A DNA stretch of 63,634 nucleotides, the filler included. It is 10 parts of 10 records of this genome, joined end to end, with 100 filler letters (N's around TTAATTAATTAA, not from the genome) between each part and the next. Parts side by side here need not be neighbours in the genome. Positions count along the whole stretch, not along the records: positions 1 to 6,294 come from SRR31156797_74417; positions 6,395 to 14,766 come from SRR31156797_74450; 8 more parts are not named here. The stretch is one strand, 5' to 3'. Shown piece by piece: positions 1 through 9,666 of the stretch. Every line of letters begins with the position of its first letter. The first letter of the stretch is position 1. The notes under the pieces are model-generated. The model worked only from the letters and a program-made list of their open reading frames with translations, was not told where the DNA came from and searched no databases. A program made the position numbers and the translations under genes.

Positions 1-1
1 T

Positions 2-1759
2 CTGGCCTACGCCGGGCTGGTGGATGCCTTTGCGCCCGAGGTAATCCCCGGGTTTCTAAGACTCACCCGGGCCATTCACGACTATGACACCAAGATCTTT
101 GCCCAGTTAAACCACAACGGCATGCAGGCGGACGGAAAAATCTCACGGCTTCCCGTGTGGGGGCCCTCTCCCGGGAAAGACCCTCTCTTTCGGGAGATGG
201 CCAAGGAGATGGAAGTTGAAGAGATCCAAGAGTGCATTGCATATTTCCAGAAGAGCGCCCTCCATGTGGTGGAAGGGGGCTTTGACGGCATTGAGTTTCA
301 GTTGGGACACAGCTCCCTGATCCGGCAGTTCCTGTCGCCGGCCACCAACGTAAGAGAGGATGAATACGGCGGCAGCCTGGAGAATCGCATGCGGTTCTGC
401 CTGGAAGTGATTAAAGGGGTTCGAAAAACCGTGGGCCGGGGTTTCACCCTCGGGGTAAGGCTCAATGCCGATGAGATGCATCCCCGGGGCGGCTTGACCA
501 TCCATGACGCCATGGAAATCGCCGGTCGTCTTGAAGCCGCGGGTCTGATCGACTTTCTCGACTTAAGCCTGGGCACCTTCCATAACCTCTTTCTGGTGGA
601 AGGGTCCATGCACACGCCGCTCGCCTATACCACGCCCCTCTCCGCCGCCATCCGCTCGGTGGTCAACCTTCCGGTCTACGCCACCAACCGCATCAACGAT
701 CCCCACCTTGCGGAGAAGGTTCTGGAAGAGGGGCAGGGGGACATGGTCAACATGGTCCGGGCCCTCATTGCCGATCCGGAACTGCCCAACAAGGCCATGG
801 AGGGCCGGGAAGACGATATCCGGCAGTGCATCGCCTGCAATCAGGGGTGTATCGGCCGCATGGGGTTGGGATACACCATCGGCTGCATGCAGAGTCCGGC
901 CGCGGGAAACGAAAAGGAGTTGGGCCTGGGGAGCCTCAAACCCTGCGAAAAACCCAAAAAAGTGGTGGTGATAGGCGCAGGCCCCGCAGGCCTTGAAGCG
1001 GCCCGGACGGCGGCCCTTAGAAAACATCACGTGATTGTTTTTGAGAAAAATGATCATGTGGGGGGGCAGAATATCATCGCCGGGAAGGTGGCCGGGCGTC
1101 AGGAGATCCAGGGGGTGACCCGGTGGCTCCTGGGGCAGGTGGAGAAACTGGACATTGATCTGCGTCTCGGGGTTTACGCGGACGAATCAATGGTTCTTTC
1201 GGAAACCCCCGACGTGGTGGTGGTGGCCGCCGGTTCCACGCCGAAAAAAAATCCCATCCCCGGAGAATACGCCTATCCGGAGGTGGTCAACACCCCGGAT
1301 GTTTTAAACGAAAGGGTGGAAACCGGGGAAAAGGTGCTGCTCATCGATCTGGACGGGCATCACCAGGGGACGGGGACGGCGGAATTTCTGGCGGATCGGG
1401 GCAAGGAGGTCCATGTGCTGGTACCGGCCCTCTTTCAGGGGGGCCAGCTGGGGCCCCTTCAGGACCTGTTTCTGGCCCGTCAACGGTTGGCCGGAAAGGG
1501 CGTTACCTGCACCCCGGATATTGCGGTCCTGGAGATTCAGGGGACCGTGGCCAAGGGGCTCAACGTCTACTCCAACGAGATGATGGATTTTGAAGGGTAC
1601 GACACTATTGTGCTGGCCGCGGGAAATGTTTCAGACGACGGGCTCTATTTCGCCCTCAAGGGGAAGGTGGGGGAATTGTACCGCATCGGCGATTGCGTGG
1701 CCCCCAGAAAAACCGATATGGCCATTGTGGAAGGGCACCGGGTGGGGAGAAGCATATGA
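2..1759 (+). CDS. FadH/OYE-family NADH:flavin oxidoreductase with Fe-S and FAD domains (5' truncated); resembles mycofactocin-system FadH/OYE oxidoreductase 2
   Basis: OYE barrel motifs AQLNHNG, GFDGIEFQLGH, FLSP..N.R.DEYGGSLENR; CIACNQGC Fe-S motif; GAGPAG Rossmann fold; IGDCVAPR. Frame is open from position 2. Confidence 0.85.
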   Translation: MAYAGLVDAFAPEVIPGFLRLTRAIHDYDTKIFAQLNHNGMQADGKISRLPVWGPSPGKDPLFREMAKEMEVEEIQECIAYFQKSALHVVEGGFDGIEFQLGHSSLIRQFLSPATNVREDEYGGSLENRMRFCLEVIKGVRKTVGRGFTLGVRLNADEMHPRGGLTIHDAMEIAGRLEAAGLIDFLDLSLGTFHNLFLVEGSMHTPLAYTTPLSAAIRSVVNLPVYATNRINDPHLAEKVLEEGQGDMVNMVRALIADPELPNKAMEGREDDIRQCIACNQGCIGRMGLGYTIGCMQSPAAGNEKELGLGSLKPCEKPKKVVVIGAGPAGLEAARTAALRKHHVIVFEKNDHVGGQNIIAGKVAGRQEIQGVTRWLLGQVEKLDIDLRLGVYADESMVLSETPDVVVVAAGSTPKKNPIPGEYAYPEVVNTPDVLNERVETGEKVLLIDLDGHHQGTGTAEFLADRGKEVHVLVPALFQGGQLGPLQDLFLARQRLAGKGVTCTPDIAVLEIQGTVAKGLNVYSNEMMDFEGYDTIVLAAGNVSDDGLYFALKGKVGELYRIGDCVAPRKTDMAIVEGHRVGRSI

Positions 1760-2772
1760 AAGAGATGTCTGAAAACCCAGAATCTTTCGACATCTGGATC
1801 CTGACCCAACACCGGGAGGGGACCTTTAGCGGGGAGACATTCGGTCTTGTGAACGAAGCCCGAAGGCTTGTTTCCAAAATGAAACCCCCTGCCCGGATTA
1901 CGGCGGTGGTCCTGGGCAGGGAGTTTCCGGCTGATCCGGAAACCCTGGGCCGTTACGGCGTGGACCGGGTGCTCTGTCTGAAAGGTGACAAGCTTGATCA
2001 ATATCACGGGGAGCGGTATGCAGACGCGATTTTCCGATCCATTGAAGAAAACAGACCCAAAGCCCTTCTGGCGGCACAAAATGAACATACAGCCGATCTC
2101 TGCGCCAGACTGGGGGGGCTGCTGGGAACAGGCGTTGTGACCCAGGCCGTGGATCTCAAGCTTGATGGCCGGTGGATCGTCACCCGTCCCGTGGCCAACG
2201 GTTATCTTTTCGAAGAGGTGAAGCTGGAAGCCGGCCCGACGGCGGTGGTTTCATTTGTGCCGGCCGTACTGTGGCCCGCCGAAAATATCCGCACACAAGC
2301 GGCAACGGTGGCATATGTTCAGGTGGAAGAGCCGCCCGACGGCGTCAAAACGGAAGTGATGGAGGTGATTGAGGGGGACCCCGAGACCCTTGATATTGAA
2401 GAGGCGGATATCATCGTTTCCGGCGGACGGGGCGTCGGAAAGGGGGAAGAATTTCAGGTTATCCATGAACTGGCCCGGGTTCTGGGCGGGTCCGTGGCCG
2501 CCACCCGGCCGGTCATCGACCGGCATTTGTTGCCCTATGAGCGGCAGATCGGCCAGACCGGGAAGACGGTGAGCCCGCGCCTGATCATCAACTGCGGTAT
2601 TTCGGGGGCCAATGAATATACGGCGGGTATTGAAAACTCGGACCGGGTGGTCGCCGTCAACACCGATCCCCGGGCCAGGATATTCCGGTTTGCCGACCTT
2701 GGGCTTGTGGCGGATCTTCATGAACTGCTGCCGCCACTCATCTCCCGCATTCGTGAGATCAAAGATGCCTAA
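1756..2772 (+). CDS. etfA: Electron transfer flavoprotein alpha subunit
   Basis: ADIIVSGGRG, QIGQTGKTVSP and CGISGA motifs; ATG at 1756 overlaps the upstream stop (ATGA). Confidence 0.92.
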   Translation: MKEMSENPESFDIWILTQHREGTFSGETFGLVNEARRLVSKMKPPARITAVVLGREFPADPETLGRYGVDRVLCLKGDKLDQYHGERYADAIFRSIEENRPKALLAAQNEHTADLCARLGGLLGTGVVTQAVDLKLDGRWIVTRPVANGYLFEEVKLEAGPTAVVSFVPAVLWPAENIRTQAATVAYVQVEEPPDGVKTEVMEVIEGDPETLDIEEADIIVSGGRGVGKGEEFQVIHELARVLGGSVAATRPVIDRHLLPYERQIGQTGKTVSPRLIINCGISGANEYTAGIENSDRVVAVNTDPRARIFRFADLGLVADLHELLPPLISRIREIKDA

Positions 2773-3553
2773 AGTCGCCATAAACCTGAAATTCCTCTGG
2801 TGTACGGTTTTCCTGTTTTTCCTGCCGGTTTCCAGCCTGTCCGCCTACCAACCGGAAGAGTGCCTGGATTGCCATGGCGAAGGGAGCGGGAAAAGCACGC
2901 TTCACATGTCCATGGGGGAATTCGAAACTTCGGTTCATCACGATGAAATCACCTGCATGGATTGTCATAGCGGTATTGTGGATGAAGCCCATATGAAAAA
3001 GCATGGTTCGGGGAAGGTTAATTGCGGGGCGTGCCATGACGAGATAAACCGGCACGGCATGGGAAATAAGGTGATGGGTGCGCGTCCCCGATGCCATTCC
3101 TGCCACACCCGCCACGGCATAAAGGGTAAGGACCACCCGGCTTCTTCCGTGCATCCCGAAAACCTTCACCGAACCTGCGGGTCATGCCATCCGGCCCAGA
3201 CGGGAGAAACCGGGTTTTTCACCTGGTTGCCCTCAGTCCAGATCAAAACCCACGGAAAACAGGATTTTGCCTGTGATTATGATGAAGCAGATTGCCTGGG
3301 GTGCCATCAGGGGAGCGCGGCCCACGGTGAAGAGACGCCCCTCAACCAAAGGGGCTGCCGGAAATGCCATTTTTCCACCCATGAGCGGACGGGTGTTATG
3401 GGAAATATCCACCCGAAACCGAAAGAGAAAAAAGATACCATTGATATCATGGCAGGGGCGGTTTACGGCGTGGCCGCAGCAATGCTTTTGATGGGCGGGT
3501 GCCGTTTTTATACGCGCCGGTTTTACCGAAAACAGGGAAAAGGGAGGGGATGA
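2765..3553 (+). CDS. Multiheme c-type cytochrome (7 CxxCH) with signal peptide and C-terminal membrane anchor
   Basis: CLDCH, CMDCH, CGACH, CHSCH, CGSCH, CLGCH, CRKCH; hydrophobic N-terminus from ATG 2765; hydrophobic C-terminal helix followed by a basic tail. Confidence 0.88.
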   Translation: MPKVAINLKFLWCTVFLFFLPVSSLSAYQPEECLDCHGEGSGKSTLHMSMGEFETSVHHDEITCMDCHSGIVDEAHMKKHGSGKVNCGACHDEINRHGMGNKVMGARPRCHSCHTRHGIKGKDHPASSVHPENLHRTCGSCHPAQTGETGFFTWLPSVQIKTHGKQDFACDYDEADCLGCHQGSAAHGEETPLNQRGCRKCHFSTHERTGVMGNIHPKPKEKKDTIDIMAGAVYGVAAAMLLMGGCRFYTRRFYRKQGKGRG

Positions 3554-3554
3554 T

Positions 3555-5429
3555 TTGCTGCTAACCGCTTTTGATCTGCTCCTGATCGCTGTTTCCCTGA
3601 TGGTTTTTCTGGCGGGGCTTGAAAAACTAAAGCGCTCCTGGCGCGTGGGACGGAAGGAAGAATGCCGTTCCGACCTGAAAGGCTTTTTTGCTTATCTGCT
3701 GGGCCATGGGAAGATCCTTCAAAATCCCCGGACGGGCTTTGCCCATTTCCTGGTGTTTTGGGGGTTCCTCTTTTCCCTGTTCATGGGCATCCTGCCCCAG
3801 TTCGGCCTCTCCCTGCCCCCATTTCTTGCGGGACTGTTGTCCCTGTTGAGCGACCTGTTGGGGGTCGGACTTTTTCTGGGTCTTCTCTATTTTCTTTCAA
3901 GGCGGATCAAGAGCCATGACAAAACCGGACCCAAAAGGGTGATGCTGCCCGTGGCGCTTCTCCTGGCCATTGTTTTAAGCGGATTTTTCGCCGAAGGGAC
4001 GCGCCTTGGCATCATGGGAACCCCATGGAACTGGCGTACCCCCGTGGGGGGTCTGCTGGCCCTGATGCTGCCGCCTATCCCCCTTCTCATGCAGATCATG
4101 ATCCGGGTCCATTTCTTTGCCCTGTTGATCTTTATGGCCATCCTTCCCTTTTCCTTCATGGGGCATATCATTTCAGGAAGCCTCAATGTGTTTTACCGGC
4201 AAAAACGCCCCCGCGGCGCATTGCGGGAGATGGACCTTTCAGGGGAAGAACCTGTGGTGGGTGCAAGATCGGCAAGTGATTTCACCCGGAAGCAGCTTCT
4301 GGAAGTTCAGGCGTGCGTTTCCTGCGGCCGTTGCGACGAAAGCTGTCCTGCAACCATTTCCGGAAAACCCCTCTCCCCCCGCCGGGTCATGGGGGAGATT
4401 CAGGACCGGGTCCGTTTATCGCCTTTCGAGACCCTTGAAAAATGCGTTTCCCCCGATGCCCTGTGGGCCTGCACCACCTGCATGGCCTGCGTGGACAGAT
4501 GCCCGGTCTATGCGAGCCCCATGGACAAGCTCATGGACTTAAGGCGCGCCAAGGTCATGGGGGAGGGGCTTCTGCCCGAAGCGGCAAGGGAGATGATGCG
4601 AAACCTGGAAATCTACGGGGATGTGGACGGGAGGGGACCGTCCCGTCGGGAAGAGTGGGCCATGCACCCGGGGGTCCCCCATATATCAGAGGAAGGGCTG
4701 AATGGGGAAGTCCTTTTATGGGTGGGATGCTCCGGCGCCTTTCACCCCCGTTACCGGGAGACCTATGGCGCCATGGTGCGGATTCTTCAGGCTGGCGGAG
4801 TGCGTTTCGGCATCCTGGGCCGTGAAGAGTCCTGCTGCGGCGACGGGGCCAGGCGGCTGGGGGATGAAACTCTCTTTCGCTCCCTTAGAAAAAAGAATAT
4901 GGCCGCTTTCAAAAAGTACCGTATTCGCAAAATTGTCTGTCTCTGCCCCCACGGATACAACATACTCAAAAACGAATATCCCGGCGATTTCCAGGTGATC
5001 CACGGGATTGTTTTTGTGCTTCAGTTGATCAAAAAAGGGAAGATTTCCCTGAAATATCCCGAAAACATGAAGCTTGCCATCCATGACCCCTGTTACCTGG
5101 GGAGGGGCAACGGCATATACGATGCATTGCGGGAAGCGGCGTTGAGCGTTCCCGGCATTGAGCTTGGGGAGTTTGCGCAAAACCGGGAAAACGCCCTCTG
5201 CTGCGGCGGCGGGGGCGGTCGCATGTGGCTTCATGAGAGCATTGGGGAAAACATAAACCGGCTTCGGGCCCAAGAGGCTGCGGAAGCGGGGGTGGACCTG
5301 GTGGGAACGGCGTGCCCCCATTGCCTGACCATGCTGGAGGACGGGATCAACGCCCTGGAGATGGAACAACCGCCCCGGGTCATGGACCTGATAGAGATTA
5401 TCGATTCCGCCGTGGGGCGGGTCTACTGA
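3555..5429 (+). CDS. Membrane-bound heterodisulfide-reductase-like Fe-S oxidoreductase (NarI-like TM region, 2x[4Fe-4S], 2 CCG domains); probable ETF:menaquinone oxidoreductase family
   Basis: Hydrophobic N-terminal third with His residues; CVSCGRCDESCP and CTTCMACVDRCP; ESCCGD, HDPCYLGR, CCGGGGG, TACPHC. Confidence 0.85.
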   Translation: MLLTAFDLLLIAVSLMVFLAGLEKLKRSWRVGRKEECRSDLKGFFAYLLGHGKILQNPRTGFAHFLVFWGFLFSLFMGILPQFGLSLPPFLAGLLSLLSDLLGVGLFLGLLYFLSRRIKSHDKTGPKRVMLPVALLLAIVLSGFFAEGTRLGIMGTPWNWRTPVGGLLALMLPPIPLLMQIMIRVHFFALLIFMAILPFSFMGHIISGSLNVFYRQKRPRGALREMDLSGEEPVVGARSASDFTRKQLLEVQACVSCGRCDESCPATISGKPLSPRRVMGEIQDRVRLSPFETLEKCVSPDALWACTTCMACVDRCPVYASPMDKLMDLRRAKVMGEGLLPEAAREMMRNLEIYGDVDGRGPSRREEWAMHPGVPHISEEGLNGEVLLWVGCSGAFHPRYRETYGAMVRILQAGGVRFGILGREESCCGDGARRLGDETLFRSLRKKNMAAFKKYRIRKIVCLCPHGYNILKNEYPGDFQVIHGIVFVLQLIKKGKISLKYPENMKLAIHDPCYLGRGNGIYDALREAALSVPGIELGEFAQNRENALCCGGGGGRMWLHESIGENINRLRAQEAAEAGVDLVGTACPHCLTMLEDGINALEMEQPPRVMDLIEIIDSAVGRVY

Positions 5430-6294
5430 TGGCGGAAAGGCATGTCATGCGGATTATCGTTTGTGTCAAGCAGATCGCCCATACCTACGCAAGGACCGGA
5501 AAAGAGCTGAACCACTGTTATCTCTCTGACGAGGATGTGGTGTTCCGGATCAACCCCTATGATGAACTGGCCGTGGGGGCGGCGTTGCGGGCCGTGGAGT
5601 TGTCGGGGTCGGGACGTATCGGTCTGCTGACCCTGGGACCCATCATCGCGGAAGGGGAACTGAGACGGTGCGTGGCCCTGGGGGCGGAAGAGCTGTACCA
5701 GATCCATACGTCCGTTCATATGGACCCCTGGCAAAAATCCGTTTTTCTGGCCAGGGCCATTGACAAAATCGGCGCGGACCTGGTGCTCTGCGGAAAGGAG
5801 TCAATGGACACCCGGAACGGTCAGGTGGGCGCCTTGCTGGGTCGTCACTTGAATCGGCCTTTTGTTTCCAGCATCCGGGATATCCACAAGTTATCAAAGG
5901 GAGAGGGCCTGGTGGTGGAGCGGAGCGCGGGCCGGGGGAAACGGGAGCGCGTCGCATGTCTTCTTCCCGCCGTGTGCAGCGTGGACGCAGGCGCCATCCG
6001 GTTGCCGGTCCCCACCTATGAATCAATGGAGAAGAGCCGAACCCTTCCGGTTCAGAAACTGATATTCGATGAGGATGCAATTCCCCCAAAAGCCGTCCGC
6101 ACAAACATCGGTCCGCCCCGTCCGCGCCCCAAAGCGCCGCCTCCGCCGGACCCCGGGCTTAATGCCCATGATCGGACAAAGGAACTGCTCACCGGCAGCA
6201 GCCTGGAGAAGAAGGGGGAGATACTGAAGGGAAGCCTTAGTTCACAGGTGGACGGGCTCATCTCTTTTCTTCAGGCAAACGATTTTCTGGAAAC
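5429..6294 (+). CDS. etfB: Electron transfer flavoprotein beta subunit (3' truncated)
   Basis: IIVCVKQI, INPYDELAV, DLVLCGKESMD.RNGQVG motifs. Confidence 0.88.
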
Positions 6295-6394
6295 NNNNNN
6301 NNNNNNNNNNNNNNNNNNNNNNNNNNNNNNNNNNNNNNTTAATTAATTAANNNNNNNNNNNNNNNNNNNNNNNNNNNNNNNNNNNNNNNNNNNN
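6295..6394. other. Artificial contig spacer
   Basis: N run + TTAATTAATTAA + N run, 100 nt; base composition and gene content change across it. Confidence 0.99.
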
Positions 6395-6396
6395 TC

Positions 6397-6567
6397 AAAG
6401 GTGCTGCACGGCGAAAACTCATGGACATGGGGATGGTTGCAGGCACTGAGATAGAACTCGTCAGGAATGCACCCCTGGGGGATCCCATGGACTACAATAT
6501 AAAGGGCTACCACCTGTCCATCAGGAAAGAGGAAGCAAGCCAGATATTCATCCATAAACTTGATTAA
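6397..6567 (+). CDS. feoA: Ferrous iron transport protein A (5' truncated; not in ORF track)
   Basis: Manual translation KGAARRKLMDMGMVAGTEIELVRNAPLGDPMDYNIKGYHLSIRKEEASQIFIHKLD*, a FeoA signature, directly before feoB. Confidence 0.93.
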   Translation, partial: KGAARRKLMDMGMVAGTEIELVRNAPLGDPMDYNIKGYHLSIRKEEASQIFIHKLD

Positions 6568-6643
6568 ACATTTTTTATGAATCTTTCGGACAGGGTTACA
6601 TATACTACAATTGCTATCTTGATTATTCTCAGAGGAGCATCTC

Positions 6644-8641
6644 ATGGAAAAAAGGGAGATAAAAATAGCACTGACGGGGAATCCTAATGTGGGGAAGACC
6701 ACGCTTTTCAATGCGCTGACAGGCTCCAGGCAACATGTGGGTAACTGGCCCGGTGTAACCGTAGAAAAAAAAAGCGGACGTGTATCATATAAGGAGTATG
6801 ATATAGAAGTTATAGATCTGCCCGGAACATACAGTCTTACTGCATACTCCATGGATGAGATCGTTGCCAGGGATTACATAATAGAGGAAAAACCAGACCT
6901 GGTTATCCAGGTAGTAGATGCGTCCAATCTTGAAAGGAACCTCTACCTGACAACACAGCTCATGGAGCTTGGAACAGAGATACTTATTGTTCTTAACATG
7001 TGTGATATTGCAGAAGAAAGAGGGGACCGAATCTACATTGATAAAATGGAGGAACTCCTGGCAACTCCTGTAATAACAACAGTTGCAACACAGAAAAAAG
7101 GCATCAATGACCTGCTTGACAAAGTTATCGAACAAAAAGAGATCCAGCAGCACCACGGCCATGAAATAGGATACGGTAACGAGATTGAGGAAAAGATACT
7201 TGAGATAGAAAAAATCCTAAGCGAAGATGAAAATCGTGATAAACGTTATCCTCTGCGATGGTTGAGCATACGCCTTCTTGAAGGCGACAACAATGTCAGG
7301 GAAAAAATCTCGCAGAGCCCGGTATATGGCAGAGTAATTAAGACTATAGAGTCCATCGACCAGGAGGAGTATGAAGCCGAGATCGCCGACAAACGCTATC
7401 TTGCTATCAACACGATTTTTCCTCAGATGTGTACCAGGGCCAATGATACACTGACCAAGTCAGACATGATAGACCGGGTACTAACTAATAAGTACCTTGG
7501 AATCCCAATTTTTCTTGCACTCATGTGGGGTGCATTCGAACTTACATTTGCTTTTGCAACGCCTTTTATGGATATGATAGACATTGCCGCATCATGGGTG
7601 GCAGAATACGTATCTTCCAGCCTGCATCCTGATTGGCTGGCTTCCCTTGTAGGGGACGGAATAATAGGTGGTGTCGGGGCAGTACTTGTATTCGTACCCA
7701 ATATATTCATCCTGTTCTTCCTGCTATCACTATTGGAAGGCAGTGGATACCTTGCAAGAGCCGCATTCATCATGGACAAACTGATGTATAAAATCGGTAT
7801 GCATGGGAAGTCCTTCATACCTATGCTCATGGGTTTTGGCTGTAATGTGCCTGCCATCATGGCTGCCAGGAGTATAGAGGATGAGAAGGACAGGCTTATT
7901 ACTATACTTATAGTACCCTTCGTATCCTGCGGAGCCAGATTGCCTATATATATACTGTTTGCAGGAACATTTTTTGGAAGACAGGCAGGTACTGTCATAT
8001 TTGCAATGTACATACTGGGCATAGTTATTGCTATCATATCTGCAAAATTACTCAGGGGAACAATTGTCAAAGGAAAACCGGCACCTTTTATTATGGAACT
8101 GCCGCCCTATCGTGTCCCGACACTTAAGACAAGTCTTATTCACATGTGGGACAACGGGTTCATGTACATAAAGAAAGCTGGTTCTATTATATTAGTAGGC
8201 GTTGTAGTTATATGGGTCATGGCATCTTTCCCATGGGGTGTTGAATATGGAACAGAGGAAAGCTATGTAGGAGTCCTTGGCCATGCAGTGGAACCAATAC
8301 TTGAGCCCCTTGGTTTTGACTGGAAGATCTCAGTTGCACTCATATTCGGACTGGTTGCCAAGGAAATAGTTGTTGCATCCATGGGAGTACTTTACGGGGC
8401 AGGCGATAGCTCAGAAGCCCTGAGTGAAAGACTCCTGGCAGATCCGGGCATCACTGCACTTAGTTCACTGAGTCTTATGGCATTTAGTTTGTTGTACATG
8501 CCCTGTGTGGCAACTGTGGGAGTCATTAAAAAAGAAACAGGATCATGGAAGTGGACACTATTCGCAGTAGTCTATGGAATTGCTATTGCCTGGTTAACAG
8601 CTTTCGTTATTTATCAGGGAGGTCGCTTGCTTGGCTATTAA
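6644..8641 (+). CDS. feoB: Ferrous iron transport protein B
   Basis: GNPNVGKT, NWPGVTVE, DLPGTYSL G-domain; GFGCNVP and ELPPYR membrane-domain motifs. Confidence 0.97.
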   Translation: MEKREIKIALTGNPNVGKTTLFNALTGSRQHVGNWPGVTVEKKSGRVSYKEYDIEVIDLPGTYSLTAYSMDEIVARDYIIEEKPDLVIQVVDASNLERNLYLTTQLMELGTEILIVLNMCDIAEERGDRIYIDKMEELLATPVITTVATQKKGINDLLDKVIEQKEIQQHHGHEIGYGNEIEEKILEIEKILSEDENRDKRYPLRWLSIRLLEGDNNVREKISQSPVYGRVIKTIESIDQEEYEAEIADKRYLAINTIFPQMCTRANDTLTKSDMIDRVLTNKYLGIPIFLALMWGAFELTFAFATPFMDMIDIAASWVAEYVSSSLHPDWLASLVGDGIIGGVGAVLVFVPNIFILFFLLSLLEGSGYLARAAFIMDKLMYKIGMHGKSFIPMLMGFGCNVPAIMAARSIEDEKDRLITILIVPFVSCGARLPIYILFAGTFFGRQAGTVIFAMYILGIVIAIISAKLLRGTIVKGKPAPFIMELPPYRVPTLKTSLIHMWDNGFMYIKKAGSIILVGVVVIWVMASFPWGVEYGTEESYVGVLGHAVEPILEPLGFDWKISVALIFGLVAKEIVVASMGVLYGAGDSSEALSERLLADPGITALSSLSLMAFSLLYMPCVATVGVIKKETGSWKWTLFAVVYGIAIAWLTAFVIYQGGRLLGY

Positions 8642-9131
8642 TGGAGATAATATCAACAAACCAGATACAAGAATTCCACTGATGTTTTCCGTTATAACAG
8701 GGTCATTGTACCTTCTTTTAGGTCTCTTGCAACTGGCAGCTGGCGTAGGGAAATTATTGATGGAGCCGGATCTGAATATACCTCTTGCAGGAATACTATT
8801 TGTTCCTGCTGACATTATTGGAGCATTTGTACTATTATTAATAGGAACTGTTTTCATATACGGCGTGATGGAAATGAAATCAGGGATCTATGAAGGTGTA
8901 TCCTATACATTTGTCGGAATCCTCATAGCACTTATCTTTGCAGCCATCTACTTGCTTGTAAGTACAGGCAATATGCTTGAAGCGTACTTGCTCAGGAACG
9001 AAGAATTTATTGGCTGGACACCTCTTAGTGACTTAAGGCCCGGAATATACCTAGCAATTCTGCCACTTTTTGCATTCATCAAATGGAAAGATCTGCTGGA
9101 ACCTGTGCCTGAAGGGGAGTTATTGAAATGA
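8631..9131 (+). CDS. Hypothetical membrane protein (about 4 TM) in the feo operon
   Basis: Hydrophobic ORF overlapping the feoB stop and the next start. Confidence 0.7.
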   Translation: MAINGDNINKPDTRIPLMFSVITGSLYLLLGLLQLAAGVGKLLMEPDLNIPLAGILFVPADIIGAFVLLLIGTVFIYGVMEMKSGIYEGVSYTFVGILIALIFAAIYLLVSTGNMLEAYLLRNEEFIGWTPLSDLRPGIYLAILPLFAFIKWKDLLEPVPEGELLK

Positions 9132-9400
9132 TCAAGGAAACACTAAAACTACTGTTCATTGAAAACTGTACACTTTTAGAAGCTGCAGAAAAACTCGGGG
9201 TGAATCCAAGTGATATAAAAGACCGGCTTCTGATTATGAAAAATATGGGTTATATTACAGAAGTCTGCAATAACTCTGCACCAAAATCGGCGACTTGCTG
9301 TTCGTGCAGCGCAACAGAAAATTGTCCTTCCGGGCTGAATGATATGAAAGGAAAGGCATACCAGTTAACCGAAAAAGGTGAAAGGATATGTCGCAACTAA
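9128..9400 (+). CDS. FeoC-like winged-helix protein with Cys-rich wing
   Basis: HTH-like LLEAAEKLGV...MGYI, then CCSC..C cluster and AYQLTEKG; last gene of the feo operon. Confidence 0.65.
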   Translation: MIKETLKLLFIENCTLLEAAEKLGVNPSDIKDRLLIMKNMGYITEVCNNSAPKSATCCSCSATENCPSGLNDMKGKAYQLTEKGERICRN

Positions 9401-9522
9401 ATATTAAGGCACAGTAGGCTTTTTTTTTAAAAAAATATTTGATTTTGTCTTTATTGCAGAATTATATAGTATTTTATTGATACCTGTAAAAGTAACTAAT
9501 AAAGACTATAATATTGACCGGT

Positions 9523-9541
9523 ACTGTCAAATTTTGACGGT
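9523..9541. promoter_or_regulatory. Palindromic candidate operator upstream of the corrinoid activase gene
   Basis: ACTGTCAAA-T-TTTGACGGT, one mismatch from a perfect palindrome; TTTAAATA TATA-like box at 9563-9570. Confidence 0.45.
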
Positions 9542-9666
9542 TTTGAGATATACTTCAATCACTTTAAATAATGATAATTAGAGAGAAAATTTACCGCAAC
9601 CTATATTTTTAAGTTGGGACACAGATACTACGTTATTAAATTTAAAAGGATTAAAAAGGGATTCAA

